In this document: positions 1 through 9,284 of the stretch, piece by piece
Position numbering within the stretch: the stretch's first letter is position 1
How the letters are laid out: every line of letters starts with the position of its first letter
Origin: Trueperaceae bacterium
GTDB taxonomy: Bacteria; Deinococcota; Deinococci; Deinococcales; Trueperaceae
Length of the DNA stretch: 21,599 nt
Direction of reading: 5' to 3'
Assembly (NCBI GenBank): GCA_035703635.1
Contig: DASSXV010000062.1
Location: 1-21,599, forward strand
Made by a program: the position numbers and the translations under genes
Notes under the pieces: model-generated
Database searches by the model: none
Told to the model about the DNA's origin: nothing
What the model saw: the letters and a program-made list of their open reading frames with translations, nothing else

Positions 1-2535
1 GAGGTCGAGGGTGACGTTCTCGCCGTCGGCCACGGCGTTGACGGTCAGGGCGACGGGCGCGGTGATGGTGATGTTAGCGGGGCCGGTCACGCCGCCTGCC
101 GTACCCGAGAGGTCGAGCGTTACCTCGCCGGTCAAACCAGCTGCGCCGAGGCCCAGCGCCCTGGTAAGCGTGGCTACGTCTGCGTTCCCGCGCGCCGTCC
201 AGCTCGCGCTAATCAGGTCGTACGCCACGTCTATGCCAGCGGCGTTGACCTTGACGTCATGCGCCGTTGTCCAGTCGGCGGTCAGGTCGGCCGCCACGCC
301 GCCAACGGTGGCCGTGGCGCGCAGCGAGCCGAGGTCTGCTGGCACCGCGCCCGTCAGCGCCAGGTTCGTCGGCAACTCGAGGCCAGCCACCACGCTGCCG
401 GCCGGTAGTTGCGCGTCTAGCTCGTAGCCGCCGTCTGCCGCCGCTTCCATGGCGCCGCTAAGCGCCGCCCAGGGCTCGTCTTCCCCTGCGCCTGCCAACC
501 TCACGGGCAGTCCGGCCACCGTCGCCGCTAGGGGCGTTGCGCTGCCAACGGCCAGCGCGAGGTGTTCGCCGTGGCCGCGCAGGTTCCACGTGATGGCTCC
601 CCCAACGTCCGCCAGCCCGAAGTCGAGCGCCACGGCAGTCGGCGCCACCGCAACGGGGCCTAAGTCGCTGGTGCCAAGCTGGGCGTTCGCCGTCACGCTC
701 AGAGCGCCAGCGGCGTACTCGATGCGCCCGGAGCGGGCGCTGACGCTGCCTGACACGCCGTCAGCAGCGGTCAGGCTGACCTCGTCCATGGCCCAGCTGC
801 CGGTAACGGCCAGGTCGGGCCCCACGTCAGCTGCCAAGCTCAGCGGGCCGAAGCGCCCGGTGATGGGGCCAAGCGCGCCGTCCGCGAGCCGCGCCGCCGC
901 ACTGCCGCGCAGGTCGAGATCGACGCCGGCGACTGCGGGCCCGACTGGTCCCTGCCCGCCTAGTTCGAGGTCGAGCGCAACGTCGTTGAGCGGGCCACTG
1001 GCCTTCAGCGCCAACGTGGCCGGACCCGTCAACCCAGGAACGGCGATGTTCGCTGCGTTGAGCCCGCCCTCGAGGCGGTCGTTCGCCAGCACGAGCGCGC
1101 CCGACACGTCGACGCCGTCAGGACTCGCGGCAAGCGCGCTCGTGTGGCCGGACACGAAAGCCTGCCAGCCGTCTGGGTCGAGGCGCGCATCTAGGTCAAG
1201 CGCCACGGGATCGACGCCAAGCGCGCCGCTCCAAGCAGCCGTCAGCCGCGCGCTGGCGTTGGCGCCCATGGCGTAGGTGAGTGCCATGGCAGTCAGCTCC
1301 CCGCCTGGTGCCACCCCTGCGTACTCGAAGCCGGTCAAGTCGACGTCGCTGCCGGTCACCTGCAATTGCGACGTGCCGCGGGCGCCCGGCGCGATGCTGA
1401 GTGCCACCTTGCCGCCGCCGAGCAGGGTGGAGGAGTCCACCCTCAGCTCGCCAGTAGACCCGTACGCGAAGCGCACTGCGAGGTCGTCGAGCGGCACGCC
1501 GTTGACGGCGCCCGCGCCGGTGGCGGTGCCGCGGGCCTCCACCGTCGTCCAGCCGCTGATGGTCAGGTCGACTTGCGTGGTGCCGGTGATGTCGAACGGC
1601 TGCCCGTCGAGAGCGCCCTTCAGCAGCCAAGCCGCCGCCTCTGCCAAGGCGGGCGTTGCCCGGCCGCTGGCGGTGAAGCGCATGGCCGCGATGTCGACCT
1701 CGCCCGTCGCCGTAACGGGGCCGCCCATGCCGTGCCCGCTGACTTGCGCCTTTATGACTGGGTAGTCGAGTAGCACCGTGCCGTTGACGCCGCTGGCGGT
1801 GAGGCCGAGGTCGTCGATGCTGCCGTTGGTGAGCTCGAGGTCGGCAACCACGGCGCCGTTCCTCACGCTGATCGGGCCAGTCACGCTGCCGCCCTTGGCG
1901 CCCGGCCACCAGTGCTGGGCGAGCGTCACGTCGGCACGGTCGATGAACCCGGTGAAGTCGAGGGTGCTGAGGGTGAGGATGCCGGTCGCGTGCGCGCTGC
2001 CTTGCTTCGTGCTCACCGCGCCAGCTAAGTGCAAGGAGCCGTCGGCGCTTCTCACGCTCAGGTCGGTGATCTGAGCGTCAGGCAGCGTGAACGGCACTTG
2101 GCTGGCGTTCACCTCCACGCCGGAGAGGTGGACGTTGCCGAGGCGCACGCGCGGCACGAACCCCCCACCTTGGCCGCCAGGCGCGCTGGCGCTCGTGCTG
2201 GTCAGCTCCTTGAGGTCTACGGCCCCGCGGGCACCGTCGACCTCCACGTCGAGCGGCAACTCGCCGCCAAGGAGCGAGGGGAGGAAGTAGTCGAGGCGCA
2301 GGTGATCGAGTTCGACTTGAGTGCCCGGGCCTTCGACCGTGACGCCGAAGAGGCTGACGGTGCGCCACAGGTTACCGGCGCTGCGCTGGTAAGTGACCGT
2401 AATGCCCTGGCGCTCGGCTGCGTTGAGCAAAACGTCAAGCAGCCCGTTGCGCACGGCAGGTACCTGCGGAGCCAGAGCGACGACCCCAAGCAACAGGGTG
2501 ACGATAGCGGCGGTGAGCAGAGTTTTCCGCGGCAT
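1..2535 (-). CDS. Large TamB/AsmA-like envelope protein (N-terminal >=845 aa; runs off the left edge)
   Basis: ATG at 2535 on the minus strand reads MPRKTLLTAAIVTLLLGVVALAPQVPAVRNGLLDVLLNAAERQGITVTYQRSAGNLWRTVSLFGVTVEGPG. The same frame reads ...APVALTVNAVADGENVTLDL at position 1. Single N-terminal TM anchor followed by G/V/L/T/D-rich beta-strand sequence. It is absent from the ORF track, consistent with no stop codon inside the window. Not every internal codon was checked by hand. Confidence 0.7.
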   Translation of the reverse strand, partial: MPRKTLLTAAIVTLLLGVVALAPQVPAVRNGLLDVLLNAAERQGITVTYQRSAGNLWRTVSLFGVTVEGPGTQVELDHLRLDYFLPSLLGGELPLDVEVDGARGAVDLKELTSTSASAPGGQGGGFVPRVRLGNVHLSGVEVNASQVPFTLPDAQITDLSVRSADGSLHLAGAVSTKQGSAHATGILTLSTLDFTGFIDRADVTLAQHWWPGAKGGSVTGPISVRNGAVVADLELTNGSIDDLGLTASGVNGTVLLDYPVIKAQVSGHGMGGPVTATGEVDIAAMRFTASGRATPALAEAAAWLLKGALDGQPFDITGTTQVDLTISGWTTVEARGTATGAGAVNGVPLDDLAVRFAYGSTGELRVDSSTLLGGGKVALSIAPGARGTSQLQVTGSDVDLTGFEYAGVAPGGELTAMALTYAMGANASARLTAAWSGALGVDPVALDLDARLDPDGWQAFVSGHTSALAASPDGVDVSGALVLANDRLEGGLNAANIAVPGLTGPATLALKASGPLNDVALDLELGGQGPVGPAVAGVDLDLRGSAAARLADGALGPITGRFGPLSLAADVGPDLAVTGSWAMDEVSLTAADGVSGSVSARSGRIEYAAGALSVTANAQLGTSDLGPVAVAPTAVALDFGLADVGGAITWNLRGHGEHLALAVGSATPLAATVAGLPVRLAGAGEDEPWAALSGAMEAAADGGYELDAQLPAGSVVAGLELPTNLALTGAVPADLGSLRATATVGGVAADLTADWTTAHDVKVNAAGIDVAYDLISASWTARGNADVATLTRALGLGAAGLTGEVTLDLSGTAGGVTGPANITITAPVALTVNAVADGENVTLDL

Positions 2536-2725
2536 TGCGCTAGGGGGTGGGGTCCAGTTCTGCGGGAGACGTCGGGGTGGGTGGCTGGCGGCGGCAGGAA
2601 CCCCGCGCCCTACGCGCTACAGTGTGCGCCAGCCTACCACGAGGTCATGAGAACCCCGCGGTAAAATCGGGCGTTAGTCCACCTAACGCTGGCCGCGCCC
2701 GAACAGTTGCTAGCATGCCTCCAGC

Positions 2726-3013
2726 ATGACCGAACCTCACGGCACTCGCCGTTTCACCGCCATCATCTCGGGCCACGTCCAGGGAGTCGGCTACCGCGCC
2801 TTCGTCAGGCGCAACGCCACTGACCTGCACTTGCGGGGCCACGTCGAGAACCTCGCAGACGGGCGCGTCGAAGTAGTCGCAGAAGGCGCGCAGGACGACC
2901 TTGACGTGCTCATCGCCCGCCTGCGGCTCGGTCCAACGCACTCTGTCGTCACGAACATCGAGCTCGAGTGGGCAGACGCCGCCGGCGCCAAGCCCGGTTT
3001 TCATGCCTACTGA
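2726..3013 (+). CDS. acyP: Acylphosphatase
   Basis: 95 aa; signature GHVQGVGYR (catalytic Arg) and VENLADGRVEVVAEG (catalytic Asn). Confidence 0.93.
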   Translation: MTEPHGTRRFTAIISGHVQGVGYRAFVRRNATDLHLRGHVENLADGRVEVVAEGAQDDLDVLIARLRLGPTHSVVTNIELEWADAAGAKPGFHAY

Positions 3014-3842
3014 CGCCGCGCCACCGAACCCGCTTGGCGTTGCGCAGCTAGCCGCGATCGAAGGCGTGCTCGGCACCATCTCTCGGGAACGCGCGGCGGA
3101 CTACGCACACGCGCCGCTCGCGGGCGCCGCCAAGCGCCCGACCCGCCCAGGCTTCGGTGCGGCACTGGTGGCGGCCAAGGCCGCGGCTGCCAGCGCCGGG
3201 TTGAGCGCGATCGCCGTCATAGCCGAGATCAAGCGCTCGAGCCCATCGCAGGGTGCCATCGCACAGCTCGACCCTGCGGCCGCCGCTCGCGACTACGCGG
3301 CCGGTGGCGCCGCCGCCCTTAGCGTCCTCACGGAGCCGCGCCACTTCGGTGGCGACCTCGAGCACCTAGACGCCGTGGCCGCGGCCGTGCAGTTACCGCT
3401 GCTGCGCAAGGAGTTCGTGATCCACCCTGCGCAACTCCGTGAGGCCGCCGAGCACGGCGCGAGTGCGGCGCTGCTGATGGTCAGCGTCCTCGGCGAGGAG
3501 ACGGCCGCGTACCTGCGCTACGCCACAGCGCTAGGCCTCGAGGCGTTGGTGGAGGTGCACGACGACGCCGAGCTGGACGTCGCCCTAGCGGCTGGCGCGC
3601 AGGTCCTGGGCGTCAACAACCGCGACTTGAAGACCCTGCAGATCGACCTCGCCACGGCGCCGCGGCTGATCGCGAAGGCGCGAGCGGCTGGCTTCACCGG
3701 CGTGGCCGTGGCGGAGTCCGGCTATCGCACCCACGCCGAGGTGGCGAGCGTGGCTGGCGTGGCCGACGCGGTGCTCGTCGGCACGAGCCTAGCTGGCAGC
3801 GGCGACCTGGCCGGCGCGTTACTGGCCTTGCGCGGCGCGTAA
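3003..3842 (+). CDS. trpC: Indole-3-glycerol phosphate synthase
   Basis: Motifs IAEIKRSSPSQG, LSVLTEPRHFGG, PLLRKEF, LVEVH, GVNNRDL, VAESG, AVLVG. ATG at 3003 (279 aa) preferred over the ORF-track start at 2901, which lies deep inside acyP. Confidence 0.93.
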   Translation: MPTDAAPPNPLGVAQLAAIEGVLGTISRERAADYAHAPLAGAAKRPTRPGFGAALVAAKAAAASAGLSAIAVIAEIKRSSPSQGAIAQLDPAAAARDYAAGGAAALSVLTEPRHFGGDLEHLDAVAAAVQLPLLRKEFVIHPAQLREAAEHGASAALLMVSVLGEETAAYLRYATALGLEALVEVHDDAELDVALAAGAQVLGVNNRDLKTLQIDLATAPRLIAKARAAGFTGVAVAESGYRTHAEVASVAGVADAVLVGTSLAGSGDLAGALLALRGA

Positions 3843-3896
3843 CGCGCGTAAGGCGCGGAAGCACGATGCACGGCGGGCCGGGTAACTGCTCGGCGC

Positions 3897-3902
3897 TATA
3901 CT
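3897..3902 (+). promoter_or_regulatory. Putative -10 element (TATACT) of a leaderless transcript
   Basis: TATACT followed by 7 nt then ATG 3910; no Shine-Dalgarno sequence. Confidence 0.6.
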
Positions 3903-3909
3903 TGCGCCC

Positions 3910-5148
3910 ATGCCTGCCGAATTGGCGCCAGAGGGCGCTATCCAAGAGTTGACGTTGGCTAACGGCCTGCGCGTGGTGTACGCGCCCATGCCGTGGTTGC
4001 CGACCCTGAGCGCCACGCTCTCCTTGCCATTTGGGTCGGCCACCGACCCGGTCGGGCAGGAGGGCTCAGCCAACGTGGTGCATGAGTGGTTGCAGCGGGG
4101 GGCTGGCGCGCTCGGCTCGCGCGCGTACTCCGATGCCCTCCTGGACCTCGGCGTGCGCCGCGGCGGTGGTAGCGGGCGAGAGGCCGCGAGCCTCAGCGCC
4201 GCGTTCCTGGAGTCCGTTGCCGCCCCCGCCCTCGAGCTGCTCGCCTCCAGCGTCACGCAGCCGCACTTCGCCGCCAGCGAGTTCGAGGCCAGCCGGGAGC
4301 TGGCAGTGCAGGAACTGGAGTCGTTGCAGGACGCGCCGACGCAGCGCCTGTTCGAGGCGCTGCAGGAGCAGGTGTTCGCTAGCCCGCAGCGCCGCAGCAG
4401 CTTCGGCACGAGCGCCGGTCTGCGCGCATTAACGCCGGAGAGCGTGAGGGCGGACGCCGCGCGCCGCCTCGGGCCGGAAGGCGCGATCCTCGGGTTGGCC
4501 GGTGGCGGCGAGTGGGCCGAGTTGGAGGAGGCGGTCACGCGCGCGTTCGGGTCGTGGAGCGGCGGTAGCGTGCCCGTGCCGCCGGCCGAACTGGCGCCGG
4601 TCGGGCGTCACCATGTGAACGCCGAGTCTAGCCAGGTGCAGATCGGGCTCGCTTACCCGAGCCCCGCGCCTGGCACGGACGACATGTACGTCTACCTCGT
4701 CGCCCTCGAAGTCTTGTCGGGCAGCATGGGCGCCCGCCTCTTCACCGAGGTGCGCGAGAAACGCGGGCTGGTCTACTCCGTGAGCGCCTTCTACCGCGCC
4801 GTACGCGGCCGCGGTTACACGCTCGGCTACGCAGGCACGACCAGCGAGCGCGCCGCAGAGACCCTCGACGTGTTCCTGGCCGAGCTGCGGCGCCTCGCGG
4901 AGGGCGTCACGGCGGCCGAGCTCGAGCGGGCGCGCACCGGCCTCCTCGCGAGCATCGTCATGGCTGGCGAGTCGTCAGGCAGCACGGCGGGCAGACTAGC
5001 GAACGACCTGGTCCTCTTCGGGCGCCCGCGCACCCTCACCGAGATCGCCAGCCACATCGAAGGAGTGACGTTGCAGGGCGTTAACGACTACCTCGCCGCC
5101 AACCCCATCCCGGAACCTACCGTCGTGACGTTGGGGCCGAAGGCATGA
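3910..5148 (+). CDS. M16B (pitrilysin/insulinase-family) peptidase, non-catalytic subunit
   Basis: TLANGLRVV N-terminus. The HxxEH position is replaced by NVVHE, but RLFTEVREKRGLVYSV (R/Y substrate-binding pair) is retained. ATGA overlap with the next gene. Confidence 0.88.
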   Translation: MPAELAPEGAIQELTLANGLRVVYAPMPWLPTLSATLSLPFGSATDPVGQEGSANVVHEWLQRGAGALGSRAYSDALLDLGVRRGGGSGREAASLSAAFLESVAAPALELLASSVTQPHFAASEFEASRELAVQELESLQDAPTQRLFEALQEQVFASPQRRSSFGTSAGLRALTPESVRADAARRLGPEGAILGLAGGGEWAELEEAVTRAFGSWSGGSVPVPPAELAPVGRHHVNAESSQVQIGLAYPSPAPGTDDMYVYLVALEVLSGSMGARLFTEVREKRGLVYSVSAFYRAVRGRGYTLGYAGTTSERAAETLDVFLAELRRLAEGVTAAELERARTGLLASIVMAGESSGSTAGRLANDLVLFGRPRTLTEIASHIEGVTLQGVNDYLAANPIPEPTVVTLGPKA

Positions 5149-6377
5149 AGGGCGCCACCTTGCGCTTTGATGAGGTCGTGCTCGAGAACGGCCTCGTCGT
5201 GATCGGCGAGAACAACCCGCGTGCTGCCACCACGGCGATGGGCTACCTAGTGCACACGGGTTCGCGCGACGAGACGGCCGCTGTTGCCGGCGTATCGCAC
5301 TTCCTCGAGCACATGCTCTTCAAGGGTAACGAGGAGTTCAGTGCCGACGACATCAACCGCACCTTCGACGAGCTCGGCGCCGACTACAACGCCTACACGA
5401 GCGAGGAGCGCACCGTTTACTACGGCTCCGTAGTGGCTAACCGCGCCGGCGCGCTGCTCGACGTCCTCACGCAACTGCTGCGCCCGAGCTTGCGGCAGAG
5501 CGACTTCGACATGGAGAAGAAGGTGATCCTGGAAGAGATCGCCATGTACCAGGATCGCCCCGCCAGGAGGCTGTTCGAGCACGCCAACGAGCGCTACTGG
5601 GGCTCTCACCCGCTTGGCAACAGTGTCCTCGGCAGTCCGAAGAGCATCACCGAACTGCAGCGCGACGACATGCAGGCGTACTTCGACCGGCGTTACGCGC
5701 CAGGCAACGTCATCCTGGCGGTGGCAGGCAACTACGACTGGGACGCGGTGGTGGAGCAAGCCAAGGCGCACGCCGGGCGCTGGCCGGCCTTCGAGGCGCA
5801 CCGCGACTACCCGCCAGCTGAGCCGTTCGCTGGCCGCGAGGCCCTCACGGACGCCACCCTCCACCGCCTGCACGCGGCGTACTACGCGCCCGGCGTGGCG
5901 GCAGAGGACCCTGCGCGCTTCGCGGCCGCGTTGCTCGCCAGCATCATCGGCGCGGATGACGGCAGCCGCCTCTACTGGGAGCTCGTCGACAAGGGCTTGG
6001 CTGACAACGCCTCCTTGTCGCACGAGGCGCAGGAGGGCGCTGGCTCGTTCGTCGGTTACGTGAGCACCGCGCCAGAGCGCGCCGCGGAAGTCCTCGAGGT
6101 TTTCCAGGCGGTGGTGAGGGGCGTGCAGGACAGCGGCGTGACGGCCGACGAGTGGCGCCGCGCCCAACTGCGCACCGCCACCGGCCTGACGCTGCGCGCT
6201 GAGACGCCCATGGGCCGCTTCATGTCGTTCGGCACGTCGTACCAGACGCTTGGGAGGTACCGCAGCGTGGCAGACATGGTCGACGAGGTCATGAACACCC
6301 CGCTCGAGGCTGGCCTGGCTCTGCTGGAAGGTCGTCCGTTCGACCGCGATTACCTCGTAACCCTCGGCCCAGCCTGA
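5145..6377 (+). CDS. M16B zinc peptidase, catalytic subunit
   Basis: GSRDE...GVSHFLEHMLFKG (HxxEH), NAYTSEERTVY, EKKVILEEI (third Zn ligand Glu), HPLGNSVLG. Confidence 0.92.
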   Translation: MKGATLRFDEVVLENGLVVIGENNPRAATTAMGYLVHTGSRDETAAVAGVSHFLEHMLFKGNEEFSADDINRTFDELGADYNAYTSEERTVYYGSVVANRAGALLDVLTQLLRPSLRQSDFDMEKKVILEEIAMYQDRPARRLFEHANERYWGSHPLGNSVLGSPKSITELQRDDMQAYFDRRYAPGNVILAVAGNYDWDAVVEQAKAHAGRWPAFEAHRDYPPAEPFAGREALTDATLHRLHAAYYAPGVAAEDPARFAAALLASIIGADDGSRLYWELVDKGLADNASLSHEAQEGAGSFVGYVSTAPERAAEVLEVFQAVVRGVQDSGVTADEWRRAQLRTATGLTLRAETPMGRFMSFGTSYQTLGRYRSVADMVDEVMNTPLEAGLALLEGRPFDRDYLVTLGPA

Positions 6378-6438
6378 GCCGAGGGGTGCATGAGGACGTG
6401 CCTCACGCGCTGGCGGCCTCTTCTCATGAGGCGCCAGT

Positions 6439-6444
6439 TACACT
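6439..6444 (+). promoter_or_regulatory. Putative -10 element (TACACT) of a leaderless transcript
   Basis: TACACT followed by 6 nt then ATG 6451; no SD. Confidence 0.55.
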
Positions 6445-6450
6445 CGGCCA

Positions 6451-7107
6451 ATGAGAGCCAGCTTTTCGACGGGGGTCAGGGCCTTGGGCGCGGTGTTCAT
6501 GCTGTGCATGAGCGGCGCCCTCGCTAACTCGCCGTTCGCCGCCCTCACGGTGGTGCCGACCGGCGGTCAGGTGTTCGACATCATCTCCGGCATCACCACG
6601 CTGCCGCAGGGCGGAACGGTGACCGACCAGGACACGGGCGTGGCGCTGGTGGCGGGCCACATCGAGTACCGCGCCCAGGATTACCTCGAGGCGTCGCGCG
6701 TCAGCCTCGACGGTTCGTTCGGGCACGTGACGGCCGACGTCATGCGCATCGACCTCAAGGTCGGGCTGCTGACGGCGTCTGGTGGCCTGCGCCTCGTGCG
6801 TGAGGGGTTAAGCGTTAGCGCGGACAGCCTGAACTTCGATGCCAACGCGCAAGTCGCCACCTTCGCCGGTGGGGTGCAGTCGAGCGACCCGAGCTTCGTG
6901 GCTGATCGCGTGCTCCTGGACGTGGCCAGCGGCGACGTGCTGCTCGAGGGTGAGTACGTGTTCGAGGGCGGCGTGTTCGCGCTGCGCTCACCGGAGGGCG
7001 GCGGTCTCCTAGCCCTCAAGCTGGTCGTGTCCGACGGCGTTACCAGTTACGACGCCGCCACGGAAGTGGCGCCCGAAGTCCTGGCGCGCTTCGCCCCGTA
7101 CCTGTAG
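6451..7107 (+). CDS. Secreted LptA/OstA-like beta-jellyroll protein
   Basis: Signal peptide (…FMLCMSGALA|N). Repeated beta-strand motifs typical of OstA domains (VTADVMRID, VSADSLNFD...ATFAGGV, FVADRVLLD...VLLEG). Adjacent to LptD-like and LptF/G genes. Confidence 0.55.
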   Translation: MRASFSTGVRALGAVFMLCMSGALANSPFAALTVVPTGGQVFDIISGITTLPQGGTVTDQDTGVALVAGHIEYRAQDYLEASRVSLDGSFGHVTADVMRIDLKVGLLTASGGLRLVREGLSVSADSLNFDANAQVATFAGGVQSSDPSFVADRVLLDVASGDVLLEGEYVFEGGVFALRSPEGGGLLALKLVVSDGVTSYDAATEVAPEVLARFAPYL

Positions 7108-7166
7108 CTGCCTCGTTGTGGGCAAACAGTGCTCGCATGGCCTACGCGGCGGGTCATGATCGCGTC

Positions 7167-9284
7167 GTGAGATGGCGGTACTTGGTTGTTGCGCTGCTGT
7201 TGGGCTCGGGGTCGGTGGCCTTCGCCCAGTGCGCGCGCGGACCCAAGACGGCCGAGGTGACGCTCCCCGGCCTGTTCGCCGTCTACTACCAGCAGTTCCG
7301 TTCAGACGCCGCGCAAGACACCGCGGAGTTCTACGGCGGCGTGTGCGTGGCCGCCGTTGGCGGCGAGTGGACCATCATCGCGGAGCGCGTCAGGGTCAAT
7401 AACCTCAGCACTGATATCTACCTCGAGGCTCCCGCGCCGACCCTCTACCTCGAAGGTTGGCGGATAGCGGGGGACGAGCTCGTGGCCGACGCGCGCCACC
7501 TGCAGCTCACGGCGGCGGTGCTCACGGGACCGGACGTGAGTGGACGCGCGGCCGAGCTGGAGGTGGACATTGCCTCCGGCGCCTTCACCCTCACCGACTT
7601 GTCGTTGACGGGCACGGCGTTCGAAGTCGTTGGGGCGTTGGCTACCTTGCAGGGCGACGTGCTGCGGGTGGAGGGCGCCGAGGTGACGACTTGCATCGGC
7701 GTCGAGCCCGCGCCCCTGGCCATCGAGGGCAACGTGGCGCTGGTGGCGTTGAGCTCGCGCGAAGTGAAGCTGGGCGGCGGCGTGCTCCGCATCGGCAGCC
7801 TGCGCGTGCCGCTGCGCGAAGACCTCACGCTTTCAGACAAGACGCTCTCCGAGCTGCAGTTCCCCGTCAAGGTCGCGGTTGTCGAGGCCAGCCCCGCCAC
7901 CAGCGCGCCGACGCCCGGCGCGGGCCTGAGCGTGCGCGTGGTTGGCATCCCGCTAGCTGACGATTTGACGCTCGAGGTGGGCGCAACCGGTCTCGACCCA
8001 GAAGAGCCCCTGCTGCCGGTGGCGCTGGTGAGGGCTGTAGCGGAGGAGGGCGCCGGGGTGCGGAGCTCGGCGACGTTCGGGTTGGAAGCCGGCGCCCCGT
8101 ACCTGGATTTCGGACTCAGCGTGCCCGTTGCCCCGTGGTTGACCGCGGACCTGACCGCCCGCAGCGGCGCGGCGCCCGCAAGGCGGGCGCGGCACGAAGG
8201 GCGCTTGGCGCTGAAGGCGAGCGCGCCACTGCCGTTCGTGAACGGCAGCGTGGTGGGGGAGGTGTTCGCTGCCGCCACGGCCATCACTGCCAACGCTGCG
8301 AGCGCGCAGCCGGTGGTGGCGGGTCCGCGTTTGGGCGCCAGCATCGCGGCCACGGCCGCCACGCCCGACCTTGGCCCACTAGGAACCCTGGCGCTAACTA
8401 GCCGCTTCCAAGTGACGCATTACCCGAGCACTTGGGGCGCCACGGCGCCCGCCGGCGCGGTCACGCAGTGGGGTGTGCGTTTGGCGCCTTCGTGGCGGTT
8501 GGCTTCTGGACCCGTTTCCTTGTCGTTGGGTTACGACGCGCGCTTCACGAACGCTGCTTCACCCTTCGGCAGCGCGGTCGACGGCCTCACGCCGCTGCAG
8601 CGCGCCACCGGCAACGTCAGCGTGGCCGGCGCCATCGGCGGCGGGTTCAGCGGCAGGCTCGGCGTTGGCGCAACCTACGACGCCTTCGCCACCCCCGCGC
8701 TGCCGGCGGGCTTCAAGCGCCTGCGGGCAGACGGCACCCTCGCGCTGGACGTCGACCCGTGGACGGTGACGCTGACGGCGGCGTTCGAGGCGGCCGGGCT
8801 GGTCAACGCGCTGCCTGACGTGCCTGCGTTCGTGTCGCTCGACGTCGCGGCGCAGCGTTACGGCTGGCCGTTGATCGGCACGCACGTGCCTTACGGGTCG
8901 TTCGAGTTCGGGGTCGGTGCGGAGTACGACCTGCTGGCAGTCAGCCTCACCGAGCTCGAGGCGCGCCTCGGCGTGCCGGTGGCGTTCGACACGCTGGAAC
9001 TGCGGCCGTTCGTGGCGGTGGACGTTGCGCGGCTGCTCGTTGGCGGTGCGCCCTACCTGAGCGGCTACGGCCTCGACCTCACGTTCGTCACCTGCTGCGG
9101 CTCGCTAACGGTTGGCGCCATCAACGACCGCGGCAACTGGGGCGCTTCGGTGGCGGTCAACCTCGAGCGCCGACCAGGCGGCAGTGGTGGCGTCAGCGCG
9201 GCAACGCAGCCCGCGCCCGTGGTGGGCGAGTTGGCGGGGGAGGGCAACGACGCGGAGCCGGGTATCATGCCAAACACGCCATGA
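7167..9284 (+). CDS. LptD-like outer-membrane protein (OstA domain plus beta-barrel)
   Basis: Signal peptide VRWRYLVVALLLGSGSVAFA|QC. N-terminal jellyroll-like region ending in EVTTC, amphipathic beta-strands, and a C-terminal TCCG. The cysteine layout resembles E. coli LptD. Start uncertain (7116/7137/7167). Confidence 0.6.
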   Translation: MRWRYLVVALLLGSGSVAFAQCARGPKTAEVTLPGLFAVYYQQFRSDAAQDTAEFYGGVCVAAVGGEWTIIAERVRVNNLSTDIYLEAPAPTLYLEGWRIAGDELVADARHLQLTAAVLTGPDVSGRAAELEVDIASGAFTLTDLSLTGTAFEVVGALATLQGDVLRVEGAEVTTCIGVEPAPLAIEGNVALVALSSREVKLGGGVLRIGSLRVPLREDLTLSDKTLSELQFPVKVAVVEASPATSAPTPGAGLSVRVVGIPLADDLTLEVGATGLDPEEPLLPVALVRAVAEEGAGVRSSATFGLEAGAPYLDFGLSVPVAPWLTADLTARSGAAPARRARHEGRLALKASAPLPFVNGSVVGEVFAAATAITANAASAQPVVAGPRLGASIAATAATPDLGPLGTLALTSRFQVTHYPSTWGATAPAGAVTQWGVRLAPSWRLASGPVSLSLGYDARFTNAASPFGSAVDGLTPLQRATGNVSVAGAIGGGFSGRLGVGATYDAFATPALPAGFKRLRADGTLALDVDPWTVTLTAAFEAAGLVNALPDVPAFVSLDVAAQRYGWPLIGTHVPYGSFEFGVGAEYDLLAVSLTELEARLGVPVAFDTLELRPFVAVDVARLLVGGAPYLSGYGLDLTFVTCCGSLTVGAINDRGNWGASVAVNLERRPGGSGGVSAATQPAPVVGELAGEGNDAEPGIMPNTP

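Noticed and set aside
11-2664. Numerous plus-strand ORFs (e.g. 449-1276, 1277-1765, 2029-2664)
   Set aside because: S/P/A/R-rich antisense shadows of the minus-strand TamB-like gene in high-GC DNA.
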